DNA of 64,000 nucleotides, from positions 81,261 to 145,260 of the forward strand of contig JAEYWD010000057.1 of the NCBI GenBank assembly GCA_023429135.1. Direction: 5' to 3'. Position numbers and translations under genes: made by a program. Below, one piece after another: positions 47,201 through 54,813 of this stretch. Below the pieces are notes generated by a model. It was not told where the DNA came from, made no database searches, and was given only the letters and a program-made list of their open reading frames with translations. This stretch comes from Bacteroidota bacterium. GTDB lineage: Bacteria > Bacteroidota > Bacteroidia > Bacteroidales > JAAUTT01. Within the stretch, counting starts at the first letter, position 1. The number at the start of each line of letters is the position of its first letter.

Positions 47201-50096
47201 TCAATTATCAAACAAGCTTTCAATTACCAATGCAGGTACCTTTAAGGGGATTTCGTTGAAAGACAACCTTGGTTGCGAAGCTCAAAACCTACCATCAACG
47301 GCAATAATTACAAAGAAACCCGCTCCCGTAGCTAAAATAACAAGTCTTATTTCAGCTTACAGTTTAAGAGGCGTTCCAGTAGCCCTTCAGGGTAGTCCAT
47401 TGGGCGGAATTTTCTCGGGTAAAGGGGTGGTCGAAAATAACACATTTTTACCTTCTTTAGCAGGATTGGAGGGATCTCCACACCCCATTGTCTACACCTA
47501 TCTCGACAAATCATCCGGTTGTTCCGATGCTGATACAGTAAAAGTGGCAATAATAGATGCCGATGCCAGCATTGCAGGTCTTAGGAACCAAAATCAATAT
47601 TGTAACATTGATATACCTACCATTATAACCGGCGTGAATGCAGGTGGAAGTATCGGAACATTTACTATAAGCGGAGGAAAAGGGCTGACTGACCACAAAA
47701 ACAATACCGCTACTTTGAACACAAACAATCTGCTGCCCGGTAATTACACCATCAGCTATGCTTATACCCAAAACGGCACACAGCAGTTAATATATGAAAC
47801 AATTACCATAAATCTTATCGACAACTTAATCGTTTCAGGATTAACCAGTCCAAGCTATTGCAACAGTGCTGGCATTATACCACTGACTGCCAATTATAAA
47901 GGAAATTTCGAGGGTACAGGAGTAGACACGTTAAAAGGCGGCGGTTACATTTATAATCCTCGAAAGGTAGCACCTGGAAATTCAGAGGTTCGCTTCAGTT
48001 TTACAAATGAAAAAGGATGCGTAATTACCGATACCATTCCTTTGAAAATACTGGCAGCCACACGTCCAAAGTTTGAAGCTAATTCCTCATGCTGGACAAA
48101 TGCTGATATTGCTTTTAAAAATACCACATTGCGAGCCGATTCTGTAAAAGCCTGGGCCTGGCAGTTTGGAGAACAATCATCGACCACAAATATATCAGCC
48201 TTAAAAGATCCCACACACAAATACGCGGCTGCTGGAAGTTATCAGGTAAGACTGGTGACTACAAACCTCAATAATTGCAACGACACAATAACCTCAATAT
48301 TGAAACTGGGGCACAAGCCAGTTGCCGACTTTGAATGGGACAGACCCTGTGCCGGCAAAACTGAAGCATTGCACATCAACAACACAACAACAAGTACTGA
48401 CAGCATTGTTTCATATACCTGGACAATAACCGATGGTACCGGCAGAAACCGAACATTTAATTCAGCCGAAATAACAAATAACTTCAAATGGGATGAAAGA
48501 CACACTGTCAAACTGAGTATTAACACTACAGTGGGTTGTAAGGACAGTGTTGTCAAAACCCTCTACCTAAGCGCCCCTTTGATGATAAAGGATTCTACCT
48601 ATCGCGAAAGTTTTGATAATTCCTATAATCCTTGGAACCTGGAAACTACATCGGTAAATAACTGGAAATGGCAATTACCCACTGGAGCCATAACTACAGC
48701 CCACTCAGGAACAATGGCAGTTTTTAGTCAGTTTAGCGAAACCAAAAACGACAGGCCGCTTGTAATTACTAGTCCATGTTTCGATTTTACAGGAGTTGAC
48801 AGACCATTTATTCAATTGTGGTTAAACTCAGTGGGTGCTGCAAACGAGGAAGGCGTTATCCTGCAATACCGCACCGAGAATTCCGACACATGGACAACAG
48901 CAGGAAAACAAGGATCCGGAATAAACTGGTACAACAGCGAAAATATCAGCGCCTTCTCTTCGGGAACCAAAACAGGATGGACCGGGAACACCAATGGCTG
49001 GATAAAAGCTAATCATGCTCTCGATGAAGTCTCAAATAAAAAGAATGTGCGTCTGCGTATGCTCTATAAACCTTTACCGGCAAGCAGCGCTGCAAACATG
49101 TTTGCCTTCGATGATGTTATTGTTGGAAACAGAATCAAAACCTCTCTTTTTGAAAATTTCACAAACCTGGGTGCAAGCAATGCTGTGTCAAGCATTCAAA
49201 TGTTAAATGATGTTTTGAATCAATCCAGCAAAGATGTTGTAAGCTTACAGTATCACACTTCTTTCCCAGGAGCTGACACACTCAATGCAGCCAATACTGC
49301 CGATCCAGGAGCCCGTGTTCTTAATTATGGTGTGGGAGTGGTTCCTTTTGGCCTGCTGAATGGAGGCACGACCACGAACCTGAGTTTCGATTTTAATGCA
49401 CGTAAGCCTGGTTACAGCGACATAATTACCCAATCGCTCAATTACACCCCATTCACCATGTCCATTGCAACTGAAAAGGCTGCAGGTAATATCCAGGGCA
49501 AAGTAATAATCACGGCACAGGACAACTACAGCAGCCCTCAACTGGGTCTCTTTACAGCCGTGGTGGAAGATGTTGTTATACAGTCGGGACAGAATAAAAT
49601 AACACTTTACAATGTAGTTAAAAAATTCCTGCCATCGGCAGGAGGTTCTGCCTTGAAAGCTGACTGGACAAAAGGAGAACAACTGGAAATACCTTTTAAT
49701 TGGAACTTTGTTAAGGTTTATAATCCTGAAAAAGTTAAGGTTGTGGCATTTATCCAGTCAGGTTCGACCAAGGAGGTTTTACAGGCTGCATCCAATGAGG
49801 TTACTTTTGTTACATCAACGCCAATAATTGAAAGAACGCCGGAGGTAAAACAAGCCGTTATAGCTCCAAATCCTGCAACTGATCATGCCCGGATCATTTT
49901 CCCGGCACCACTGGAATACGAAACAAGAATTGAGATTGTGACCCTGAACGGAAAGGTTCTAAGTTCGGATGTGATTCAAAAAGATGTTGATATTTTCGAG
50001 CTGGAAACCTCCAAAATGGTGAATGGGTTATATCTTATAAAACTATCGCAGAAGAACGGAAATATGAAGATTATGAAATTAACCATTAGCAGATAG
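44277..50096 (+). CDS. Giant secreted T9SS cargo protein (putative adhesin): six tandem modules, Ig/PKD-like domains and a type-A C-terminal sorting domain
   Basis: Uninterrupted 1939-aa ORF with a hydrophobic N-terminus. It contains six ~133-aa repeats, two PKD-like units (WAWQFGE...HKYAAAGSYQVRLV; YTWTITDG...HTVKLSI) and the C-terminal APNPATDHARIIF...NGLYLIKL...KLTISR sorting signal. Confidence 0.85.
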   Translation: MAKELVKKRLKLVSLVVIISLIEITAENNLLSGSSPNREGIEKTELLYKAGNGKVKVTDSVEVTDEDDINLESAKIQITEGYRNDEDELSFTSINGITGQWDKTSGTLTLSGNATIENYQAALRDIRFENPKTKPTSGLRTVVFIVNDGTDDSNIVSRKISIKAENIAPVLSGIETSDIEYSGITNITSNIVVNDEDNTNLQSAEIKITTGYQSGEDKLSFTDAAGITNSWNAETGTLTITGDAALASYQTALRNVKYENTASTPTAGTRTITFTVYDGTANSNIASRKVKISPANQPPVLAALEATTLTYTEGDGKKAITTAITVTDPNNTHLQSARVIISNGYNKNEDELSFTNANGITADWNSENGTLTLTGNATVAQYQEALRNVQFQNKNTINPSAGARTISFVVNDGLINSNMPTRSIDVVPVNQPPVLASLENTVFNYNEGAGKVAITGTLTITDGDNPTLQRATITISAGYKNGEDVLSFINANGISGAWDAATGTLTLTGDVTPVNYQAALRSIQFENTNTTNPTAGERTISFVVNDGQTNSNTLTRKINVAPTNQAPVLAAIESSPITYNEGAGKVAITSAITITDADNANLKSATITISAGYKNGEDVLSFTNANGITGAWDAVNGALTLTGDATPANYQAALRSIQFENTNALPALGTRTIAFEISDGEAKSNILNRNIIISYTNKPPVLSNIENSNLVIVFDGETTILSTSLTVTDLDNSTLSAATVMITEGYKPDEDILLFTSADNITASWNASTGTLTLAGVSSISNYQKALRNIRYSNLNNSPSISERIVAFTVSDGEANSNNLQRALNFNAFPVASNISIDGTMAVCKTLTGKYDYSDPENDVEDHTFFQWFRANAPDAEKTEIPGANTLTYTLTPEDEGKYIFFEVTPQAKTGSIQGNSFYSNASIKIPNTLPTVTFSGPTAFCEGTSTDLTITFTGTPPFKLIYTDGTNNYDLTSSQLSNKLSITNAGTFKGISLKDNLGCEAQNLPSTAIITKKPAPVAKITSLISAYSLRGVPVALQGSPLGGIFSGKGVVENNTFLPSLAGLEGSPHPIVYTYLDKSSGCSDADTVKVAIIDADASIAGLRNQNQYCNIDIPTIITGVNAGGSIGTFTISGGKGLTDHKNNTATLNTNNLLPGNYTISYAYTQNGTQQLIYETITINLIDNLIVSGLTSPSYCNSAGIIPLTANYKGNFEGTGVDTLKGGGYIYNPRKVAPGNSEVRFSFTNEKGCVITDTIPLKILAATRPKFEANSSCWTNADIAFKNTTLRADSVKAWAWQFGEQSSTTNISALKDPTHKYAAAGSYQVRLVTTNLNNCNDTITSILKLGHKPVADFEWDRPCAGKTEALHINNTTTSTDSIVSYTWTITDGTGRNRTFNSAEITNNFKWDERHTVKLSINTTVGCKDSVVKTLYLSAPLMIKDSTYRESFDNSYNPWNLETTSVNNWKWQLPTGAITTAHSGTMAVFSQFSETKNDRPLVITSPCFDFTGVDRPFIQLWLNSVGAANEEGVILQYRTENSDTWTTAGKQGSGINWYNSENISAFSSGTKTGWTGNTNGWIKANHALDEVSNKKNVRLRMLYKPLPASSAANMFAFDDVIVGNRIKTSLFENFTNLGASNAVSSIQMLNDVLNQSSKDVVSLQYHTSFPGADTLNAANTADPGARVLNYGVGVVPFGLLNGGTTTNLSFDFNARKPGYSDIITQSLNYTPFTMSIATEKAAGNIQGKVIITAQDNYSSPQLGLFTAVVEDVVIQSGQNKITLYNVVKKFLPSAGGSALKADWTKGEQLEIPFNWNFVKVYNPEKVKVVAFIQSGSTKEVLQAASNEVTFVTSTPIIERTPEVKQAVIAPNPATDHARIIFPAPLEYETRIEIVTLNGKVLSSDVIQKDVDIFELETSKMVNGLYLIKLSQKNGNMKIMKLTISR
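44403..46760 (+). repeat. In-frame tandem array: 6 copies with a period of 390-402 bp (130-134 aa)
   Basis: The conserved GY anchor falls at residues 81, 211, 344, 478, 612 and 745. The shared block is A-x-I-x-I-x-x-GY-x-x-(G/N)ED-x-LSF-...-GI-..-W-...-G-x-LTL-x-G-...-YQ-x-ALR-...-N-...-R-x-(I/V)-x-F-x-V-x-DG. Copies 4 and 5 are near-identical at the DNA level. Confidence 0.85.
48066..48575 (+). other. Two PKD-like domains within the giant cargo protein
   Basis: Residues ~1264-1433. Both units show the PKD pattern (F...........F.N.S......W.FGDG.......P.H.Y...G.Y.V.L), here in degenerate form. Confidence 0.55.
49848..50093 (+). other. T9SS type-A C-terminal sorting domain (CTD) of the giant cargo protein
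   Basis: The last ~82 aa read VIAPNPATDHARIIFPAPLEYETRIEIVTLNGKVLSSDVIQKDVDIFELETSKMVNGLYLIKLSQKNGNMKIMKLTISR. This fits the Por secretion tail pattern (PNP..D, I.D..G+.V, L..G.Y.v+.). Confidence 0.75.
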
Positions 50097-50184
50097 GTTG
50101 AAAAAGAAATGATTTAGAAGTTGGTGTAAGAGGCTGTCTGATTAGTTATAACCGGAGGTTGAACCTGTCAAAACATCATTGAAA

Positions 50185-50221
50185 AGCGCCGGACACTTCG
50201 ACAGGCTCAGTGTCCGGCGCT
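50185..50221. terminator. Bidirectional intrinsic terminator (13-bp perfect stem)
   Basis: AGCGCCGGACACT-TCGACAGGCTC-AGTGTCCGGCGCT, followed by TTTT. It lies between the convergent cargo gene and arsM. Confidence 0.7.
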
Positions 50222-50248
50222 TTTCACACAACCTCTTCTCCAACCAAA

Positions 50249-51052
50249 CTATTTGGCCGCTGTTACTGTTATGCTAAAAATTCCTGTTTTACTTTCACGA
50301 TAATTTTTAAGCTGCTCCCTGGTAAGATAGTTAAGAAGAATATCATCGGGAAGAATAACCTGTTTTTCCTTTCTTACCTGAATGTCCTTAAACCCAATAT
50401 CGCTGATTATTTTCAGGTATTCATCTTTTTGAATAGCACCGGAAACACAGCCAGCATATAAAACAACTTCTTCACGAAGAGCATCGGGTAACTCGCCCAA
50501 TAATACCACATCCGAAATGCAGAAATGTCCGTTAGATTTCAAAACCTTATAAATTCCGGCAAAAGCCTTTTGCTTATCAGGCACCAGATTAAGAACACAA
50601 TTGCTTATCACTACATCGAATGTATCTGCAGGTAATGGCATTTCCTCGATGTCGCCTTTTACAAATTCAACATTTCCATAGCCCAGCTTTTGCTTGTTCC
50701 GATTTGCTTTTTCAAGCATTTCGTCGGTAAAATCGAGACCGGTAACTTTTCCTGTTTCTCCAACCAGGGCACGTGCTACAAAACAATCGTTTCCGGCACC
50801 CGAACCCAGATCAAGTACTGCGTCTCCAGCTTTAATATCAGCAAATTCGGTAGGTAAACCACATCCAAGACCAAGATCGGCATCGGGATTGTATCCGCTC
50901 AAATTACTATAATCGTCGCTAAAAACGGTGTAAGTAGTATCGCCACACCCGCAGCCACTTCCACAGCAGGAGCTTTGATTTTGCTCTTTACTCTGAGAAG
51001 CTATTTCGCCATATTTCTCGCGAACCAGAAGTTTTAAATTATTGGCATCCAT
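50249..51052 (-). CDS. arsM: Arsenite S-adenosylmethionine methyltransferase
   Basis: I chose the start at 51052 (MDANNLKLLVREKYGEIA); the ORF-track extension to 51184 looks non-coding. It has an N-terminal Cys cluster (SSCCGSGCGCG), the SAM motif VLDLGSGAGND, and the conserved Cys contexts GLGCG, ISNCVLNL and YAGCVSGA. Confidence 0.8.
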   Translation of the reverse strand: MDANNLKLLVREKYGEIASQSKEQNQSSCCGSGCGCGDTTYTVFSDDYSNLSGYNPDADLGLGCGLPTEFADIKAGDAVLDLGSGAGNDCFVARALVGETGKVTGLDFTDEMLEKANRNKQKLGYGNVEFVKGDIEEMPLPADTFDVVISNCVLNLVPDKQKAFAGIYKVLKSNGHFCISDVVLLGELPDALREEVVLYAGCVSGAIQKDEYLKIISDIGFKDIQVRKEKQVILPDDILLNYLTREQLKNYRESKTGIFSITVTAAK

Positions 51053-51077
51053 ATATCGAATTATTGAATGAAAAAAT

Positions 51078-51126
51078 ATGACGTAAAAATACGTTAAATT
51101 TTTAAATTGACGTATTTTTACGTCAT
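51078..51126. promoter_or_regulatory. 49-bp hyphenated palindrome (17-bp perfect arms, 15-bp AT spacer) in the divergent arsM/hydrolase intergenic region
   Basis: ATGACGTAAAAATACGT-taaatttttaaattg-ACGTATTTTTACGTCAT. Four ACGT cores start at 51081, 51091, 51110 and 51120. The element begins 26 bp upstream of the arsM start codon (51052). Confidence 0.45.
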
Positions 51127-51189
51127 TAAAATTTACAATTTTTAAACCATGCTGTATCCGAATCTGTTTCAATAAGAAAAACAATAAAA

Positions 51190-52176
51190 ATGAAACTATT
51201 TCTGATAATTCTATTGATTGTAATTCTTTCTTCAGCAGGTGTAAAATCTCAGAATACGCTGGGCATTAACCTTGAAGGCTACAATTATCCATATAAAGTT
51301 AAGTTCGACACCCTTCATTCGCAGCAGCAAAAGCTTGTAATGGCTTACATGTACGAGACTGCCGGCAATTCCAAAGCTACGGTGATGCTTCTCCATGGAA
51401 AGAATTTCAATGGTGCATACTGGGGCGAAACCATCAAAAATCTTCTTGCCAAAGGGTATAATGTTTTTGTTCCCGACCAAGTAGGTTTCGGAAAATCAAC
51501 TAAACCGAAACACTATCAATATTCTTTTCAGCAATTGGCTGAGAATACCAGAACAATTATGGATAAACTCAAAATTAATAAGGTAATTGTTCTGGGTCAC
51601 TCCATGGGTGGAATGCTGGCTACACGTTTTGCACTGATGTTTCCTGATAAAGTTGAACAATTAATACTTGAAAACCCCATTGGACTGGAAGACTGGCGAA
51701 AATGGGTTCCCTATAAGGATTTGAGTTTTTTCTACGAAAGAGAACTAAAAAAAACTGCTGAAGGCGCAAAACAATACATGCTTGCAAATTATTTTCATAA
51801 CGAGTGGAAAAGCAGTTACGACGATTTGGTTTATCTCCAGACTGCTTTTCTAAAACACCCGGATTACCCTTTACTTGCGTGGAACTCGGCCCTGACCTAC
51901 GATATGATTATCACCCAGCCGGTGGTGTATGAATTTAAGAATTTGAAGGTGACAACAGCATTAATCCTGGGTCAACTCGACCGAACAGCTCTTGGTAAGG
52001 AAATGGTATCAAAGGAAGTGTCTTCACAAATGGGTAATTACCCAAAACTCGGAAAAGAAATAGCAGGAGAAATTCCCAACGCCCGGTTAATTGAACTAAA
52101 TGGATTAGGACATATTCCACATGTCGAAAACTTCAGCCTGTTTTTTGAAGCGCTTATGGGAGTTATCAAAATTTAG
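51190..52176 (+). CDS. Secreted alpha/beta-fold hydrolase
   Basis: 328-aa ORF with a signal peptide, HG (LLHGKNFNG), a GHSMGG nucleophile elbow and a C-terminal GLGHIPHVE. Confidence 0.8.
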   Translation: MKLFLIILLIVILSSAGVKSQNTLGINLEGYNYPYKVKFDTLHSQQQKLVMAYMYETAGNSKATVMLLHGKNFNGAYWGETIKNLLAKGYNVFVPDQVGFGKSTKPKHYQYSFQQLAENTRTIMDKLKINKVIVLGHSMGGMLATRFALMFPDKVEQLILENPIGLEDWRKWVPYKDLSFFYERELKKTAEGAKQYMLANYFHNEWKSSYDDLVYLQTAFLKHPDYPLLAWNSALTYDMIITQPVVYEFKNLKVTTALILGQLDRTALGKEMVSKEVSSQMGNYPKLGKEIAGEIPNARLIELNGLGHIPHVENFSLFFEALMGVIKI

Positions 52177-52482
52177 AGTGTAAGCCTTCGGAAGGAACAA
52201 AATTGGATGGCAGCCGGAAAAGACAATAAAAAATTTGCTGAAAACCAATAGATGATTAGTCGGTCGGAATAAAATTCCTCCCAAAATTGTGTGTAAACAG
52301 TTTTGCATGCTGAAAAGATTACAACAATCCATTTTATAGCATCAGCATGCTTGCTAAGCTTATTACAAAACATGTTAAATGAATGTATTTGCCTGAAAAG
52401 CATTTTACAGTTCAAAGTAATGGCTTTGTACGCATTCATTTCACCTTACATATCTGTTTTTGCTTTTACATCCGTGCATGAC

Positions 52483-52538
52483 AAAAAAAAGCCGTTGTTA
52501 TGCATTATGCAAGGCTGCAAAGTGCTTAACAACGGCTT
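52483..52538 (-). terminator. Intrinsic terminator of the oligopeptidase B gene
   Basis: On the minus strand, AAGCCGTTGTTA...TAACAACGGCTT forms a perfect 12-bp stem with a 26-nt loop, followed by T8. Confidence 0.55.
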
Positions 52539-52560
52539 GTAAGATTTTCAGAGAAAATAT

Positions 52561-54696
52561 TTACTTTTCTATTCCTTCCAGTTTAAACATAAACGCATAA
52601 ACCAGAGCAACGTCCTTCAGGTAATCAAACCGGCCGGAGGCACCGCCATGGCCAAATTCCATGTTGGTCTTCATTAACACAACATTGTCGCCGGTTTTCA
52701 TTTCGCGAAGCTTTGCAACCCATTTTGCAGGCTCAAAATATTGAACCTGGCTGTCGTGTAGCCCTGTTGTAACCAACAAATTGGGGTATTCCTTACTTTC
52801 AACATTTTCGTAAGGCGAATAGCTTTTCATGTAGAAATAAGCTTCTTTTTCTTTGGGATTTCCCCATTCGTCGAATTCATTGGTGGTGAGCGGAATACTT
52901 TCGTCGAGCATGGTGTTAACAACATCGACAAACGGAACCTGAGCAATTATACCGTTCCAGAGCGAAGGCGCCATGTTCATAACAGCACCCATCAGCAATC
53001 CGCCCGCACTGCCGCCGTGAGCGTACAGGTGCTCGGAAGAGGTGTATTTTGCATCCACAAGGAATTGGCCACAGGCAATAAAATCGGTGAAAGTGTTTAT
53101 CTTTTTCATGAGTTTGCCATCGAGGTACCATTGGCGTCCCATCTCCTCACCGCCCCTGATGTGGGCAATAGCAAAAGCAAATCCGCGATTGAGCAAACTA
53201 ATGCGGGTACTGCTGAAAGTGGCATCCATGCTGGCACCGTATGAACCGTATCCATAAAGTAACAGGGGTGCTTTCCCGTCTTTCTTGAAACCTTTTTTAT
53301 AAACCAGGGAAATTGGTACTCTTACGCCATCTTTTGACACAGCATAAAGGCGTTCGGCAACATAGTCGTCGGGATTGTAACCACCCACAACTTCCTGCTG
53401 TTTCTTCAGCGTTTTTTCTTTGGTTGTAAGATTATAATCGTAAACCGAATTGGGTGTTGTAAGAGAAGTGTAATGGTAACGCAATGTTTGGCTGTTATAC
53501 TCCGGGTTGTTTCCAACATAGGCTGCATATGTTAACTCGCCAAAGTCGAGATAATGTTCCTTTTTATCGGCCAGGCTGATAATGCGCAATTTCACAAGAC
53601 CATCTTTCCTTTCGCTCAGCACCATGAAATCTTTAAACTCCTCAACACCTTCCAGTAAAACATCCGTGCGATGCGGAATAACTTCTTTCCAGTTAGTGGT
53701 ATCGGTTTTATCCAAAGGACATTCCATCAACCGGAAATTTTGTGCATTCAGGTTGGTACGGATAAGAAAACGGTCTTCCAATGGAGTTATGTCATAAAGT
53801 ACATCTTTCATGCGCGATTGAAAAACCTTAAATTCCGAAGTAGGCTTATTGGCATCCAGATAACGGACTTCCGATGAAAGTGTTGCCTGAGAGTAAATAT
53901 AAATATGCTTCCCGTTTTTTGCCCTGCCTACACCAATATAATTGCTCCTGTCCTTTTCGTCGTAAACAACAACATCGTCCGAAGCTTTGGAACCCAGCAC
54001 GTGACGTTTTATTTTCTCGCTCAATAAGGTAACCGGATTATTGAGTGTGTAAAATATCGTTTTATTATCATTTGCCCAGCAAGGACTTCCTGAAGTTCCT
54101 TTAATAACATCGGGGTAAATTTCACCGGTTTCAAGGTTTTTGACATGAATTGTGTACTGTCGGCGCGAAACAGAATCGACACCATACGCTAGCAATTTAT
54201 TATCGGGGCTTATGGCAAATCCCGATACCGAATAATAAGCATGTCCCTTGGCCATCGCGTCAACATCGAGCAGCATTTCTTCGGCCGCATCCAAACTTCC
54301 CTTTTTGCGGCAATACTTAAAATACTGCTCACCTTCAACGCTACGCGAATAGTAGTAATACCCATTTTTAAAAACGGGAACACTTTCATCCTTTTCCTTG
54401 ATGCGTGCTTTCATTTCGGCGAATAACTGCTTCTGGAGTTCGTTGGTACTACTCAACATGGTATCGATATAAGTATTCTCCTGAGTAAGGTATTCAACCA
54501 CCTTGGTACTATCGGGACCTTTCTTAAAGAAATCGATCATCCAATAATAGTTATCTACTACCGTGTCGCCATGCATGATTCTTACAAAAGGCTTTTTTTC
54601 TGCTACTGGAGGCGTTGCATCCGGCCACTGCTGTACTTTATTACACGATGAAATCATAAAAGCACTAATTAAGGATAAAAGAGTTATTTTCTTCAT
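52561..54696 (-). CDS. ptrB: S9 family serine peptidase, oligopeptidase B-like
   Basis: 711-aa ORF with a lipoprotein-like signal, a beta-propeller N-domain, a catalytic GGSAGG, and the downstream D and H contexts (GLHDSQV, GHGG). Confidence 0.9.
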   Translation of the reverse strand: MKKITLLSLISAFMISSCNKVQQWPDATPPVAEKKPFVRIMHGDTVVDNYYWMIDFFKKGPDSTKVVEYLTQENTYIDTMLSSTNELQKQLFAEMKARIKEKDESVPVFKNGYYYYSRSVEGEQYFKYCRKKGSLDAAEEMLLDVDAMAKGHAYYSVSGFAISPDNKLLAYGVDSVSRRQYTIHVKNLETGEIYPDVIKGTSGSPCWANDNKTIFYTLNNPVTLLSEKIKRHVLGSKASDDVVVYDEKDRSNYIGVGRAKNGKHIYIYSQATLSSEVRYLDANKPTSEFKVFQSRMKDVLYDITPLEDRFLIRTNLNAQNFRLMECPLDKTDTTNWKEVIPHRTDVLLEGVEEFKDFMVLSERKDGLVKLRIISLADKKEHYLDFGELTYAAYVGNNPEYNSQTLRYHYTSLTTPNSVYDYNLTTKEKTLKKQQEVVGGYNPDDYVAERLYAVSKDGVRVPISLVYKKGFKKDGKAPLLLYGYGSYGASMDATFSSTRISLLNRGFAFAIAHIRGGEEMGRQWYLDGKLMKKINTFTDFIACGQFLVDAKYTSSEHLYAHGGSAGGLLMGAVMNMAPSLWNGIIAQVPFVDVVNTMLDESIPLTTNEFDEWGNPKEKEAYFYMKSYSPYENVESKEYPNLLVTTGLHDSQVQYFEPAKWVAKLREMKTGDNVVLMKTNMEFGHGGASGRFDYLKDVALVYAFMFKLEGIEK

Positions 54697-54813
54697 ACTA
54701 CCTTGGTTTTGGCGTTATTTAAATCTGAGGTTTGGCCAAAGGTAATACTTTTAATATTCGGGTTAATATTTTTGAATATGATAAATTTTCAGATCTGAAC
54801 TTAACAACATATC

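Noticed and set aside
44630-49682. Many 60-145-aa antisense or off-frame ORFs inside the giant cargo gene (for example 49245-49682, 48242-48556)
   Set aside because: All are fully embedded in a long, motif-rich forward ORF. Their translations are Cys/Ser/Leu-rich noise typical of shadow ORFs.
51053-51184. N-terminal extension of the arsM ORF (track start 51184)
   Set aside because: The extension translates to MFFLLKQIRIQHGLKIVNFNDVKIRQFKNLTYFYVIFFHSIIRY, which is AT-rich noise running through the 49-bp palindrome. The ArsM homology begins at the Met at 51052.
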